Source: a virus
Virus record (IMG/VR): IMGVR_UViG_3300046690_000279
Span: 1-64,000 of that record
DNA: 64,000 nt
Reading direction: 5' to 3' (one strand)
Each line of letters opens with the position of its first letter. Position 1 is the first letter of the stretch. This document shows positions 63,543-64,000 of the stretch, one piece after another. The notes beneath the pieces were generated by a model. The model did not search any database and was not told where the DNA came from. It worked only from the letters and a program-made list of their open reading frames with translations. The translations under genes and the position numbers were made by a program.

Positions 63543-64000
63543 ATGACCGACCGTAACGACGTGAACACGGACCAGGGCAAGACTGCGATTGACCAGGCTG
63601 AGGCCAACATCGAGCGCGCTGCCGCCCTGGTCGCGGACGGGAGTGACACCACGGAGCTGGTAGCGGAGCTGCACACGGAGACAGAGGCGCTGATCTCATC
63701 CCTCAGCGGCAAGGGCTCCATCGCCGTTAAGAAGCAACTGCGCGACGCGTGGACCGATGTAACCTCCGCTCCAGCGCCGAAGGCAGAGATCGTGAAGTCT
63801 GAGGTCACGGAAGGGGTCGTAGTCGCCAAAACGTGGGACCAGTACGAAGGCGTGCAGGAACTCGTCACCATGGGTGCCGAGAAGATCGCGGACGGCGTCA
63901 AGGCCCATCTGAAGACTTCCACGCTGGCGAAGGACGTTGCGGCGTTGGCGCTGGACATGTGGCTGCGCATGCCGAACAAGGCTGGGGCGCCGGACTTGCT
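63543..64000 (+). CDS. c-like repressor (copy B), 3'-truncated, without the N-terminal extension
   Basis: MTDRNDVNTDQGK... matches copy A from 23185. Confidence 0.7.
   Translation, partial: MTDRNDVNTDQGKTAIDQAEANIERAAALVADGSDTTELVAELHTETEALISSLSGKGSIAVKKQLRDAWTDVTSAPAPKAEIVKSEVTEGVVVAKTWDQYEGVQELVTMGAEKIADGVKAHLKTSTLAKDVAALALDMWLRMPNKAGAPDL

Larger units (their letters stand above)
39427..64000 (+). mobile_element. Temperate phage/prophage copy B, a diverged relative of copy A, truncated by the window end
   Basis: Syntenic repeat of copy A (1 = 40376, 545 = 40920) with many substitutions and indels. Confidence 0.95.

Noticed and set aside
1-64000. Exact duplication, terminal redundancy or a simple concatemer of one phage
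   Set aside because: The copies differ by many synonymous changes, gene swaps and indels, so they are distinct genomes

Overview
The whole window is phage DNA, with no host genes. It holds two head-to-tail, co-oriented copies of a ~40.4 kb temperate siphovirus of the Streptomyces phiC31/phiBT1 type (base 1 corresponds to base 40376; offset 40,375 bp). All credible genes are on the + strand. Copy A runs from the 3' end of a large serine integrase through a tRNA/ncRNA cluster, HNH-cos-terminase, HK97-type head, tail, lysis, dNMP kinase, a c-like repressor and the early genes (exonuclease, gp3-like RDF, primase-helicase, DNA polymerase A, sigma-like gp12). It ends at an intact attP-like site (39398-39455), where copy B starts; copy B is cut off inside its repressor gene. 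The copies are related but different phages. They share a 22-bp palindromic operator (CACATACGGATATCCGTATGTG, 17 sites) but differ in lytic promoter motif, tail-tip genes, capsid segments, tRNA content and small cassettes. The most unusual locus is a ~0.9-1 kb RNA-only operon (1317-2270 and 41706-42566). In it, normal tRNAs alternate with tRNA mimics that have aberrant or missing anticodon arms, and with several unannotated structured RNAs. The helices of those RNAs covary between the two copies. One of them is an ~180-nt multi-stem RNA that in copy A carries a 100-nt tRNA-like insert. Family assignments come from motif recognition and synteny recalled from phiC31; no database searches were run.
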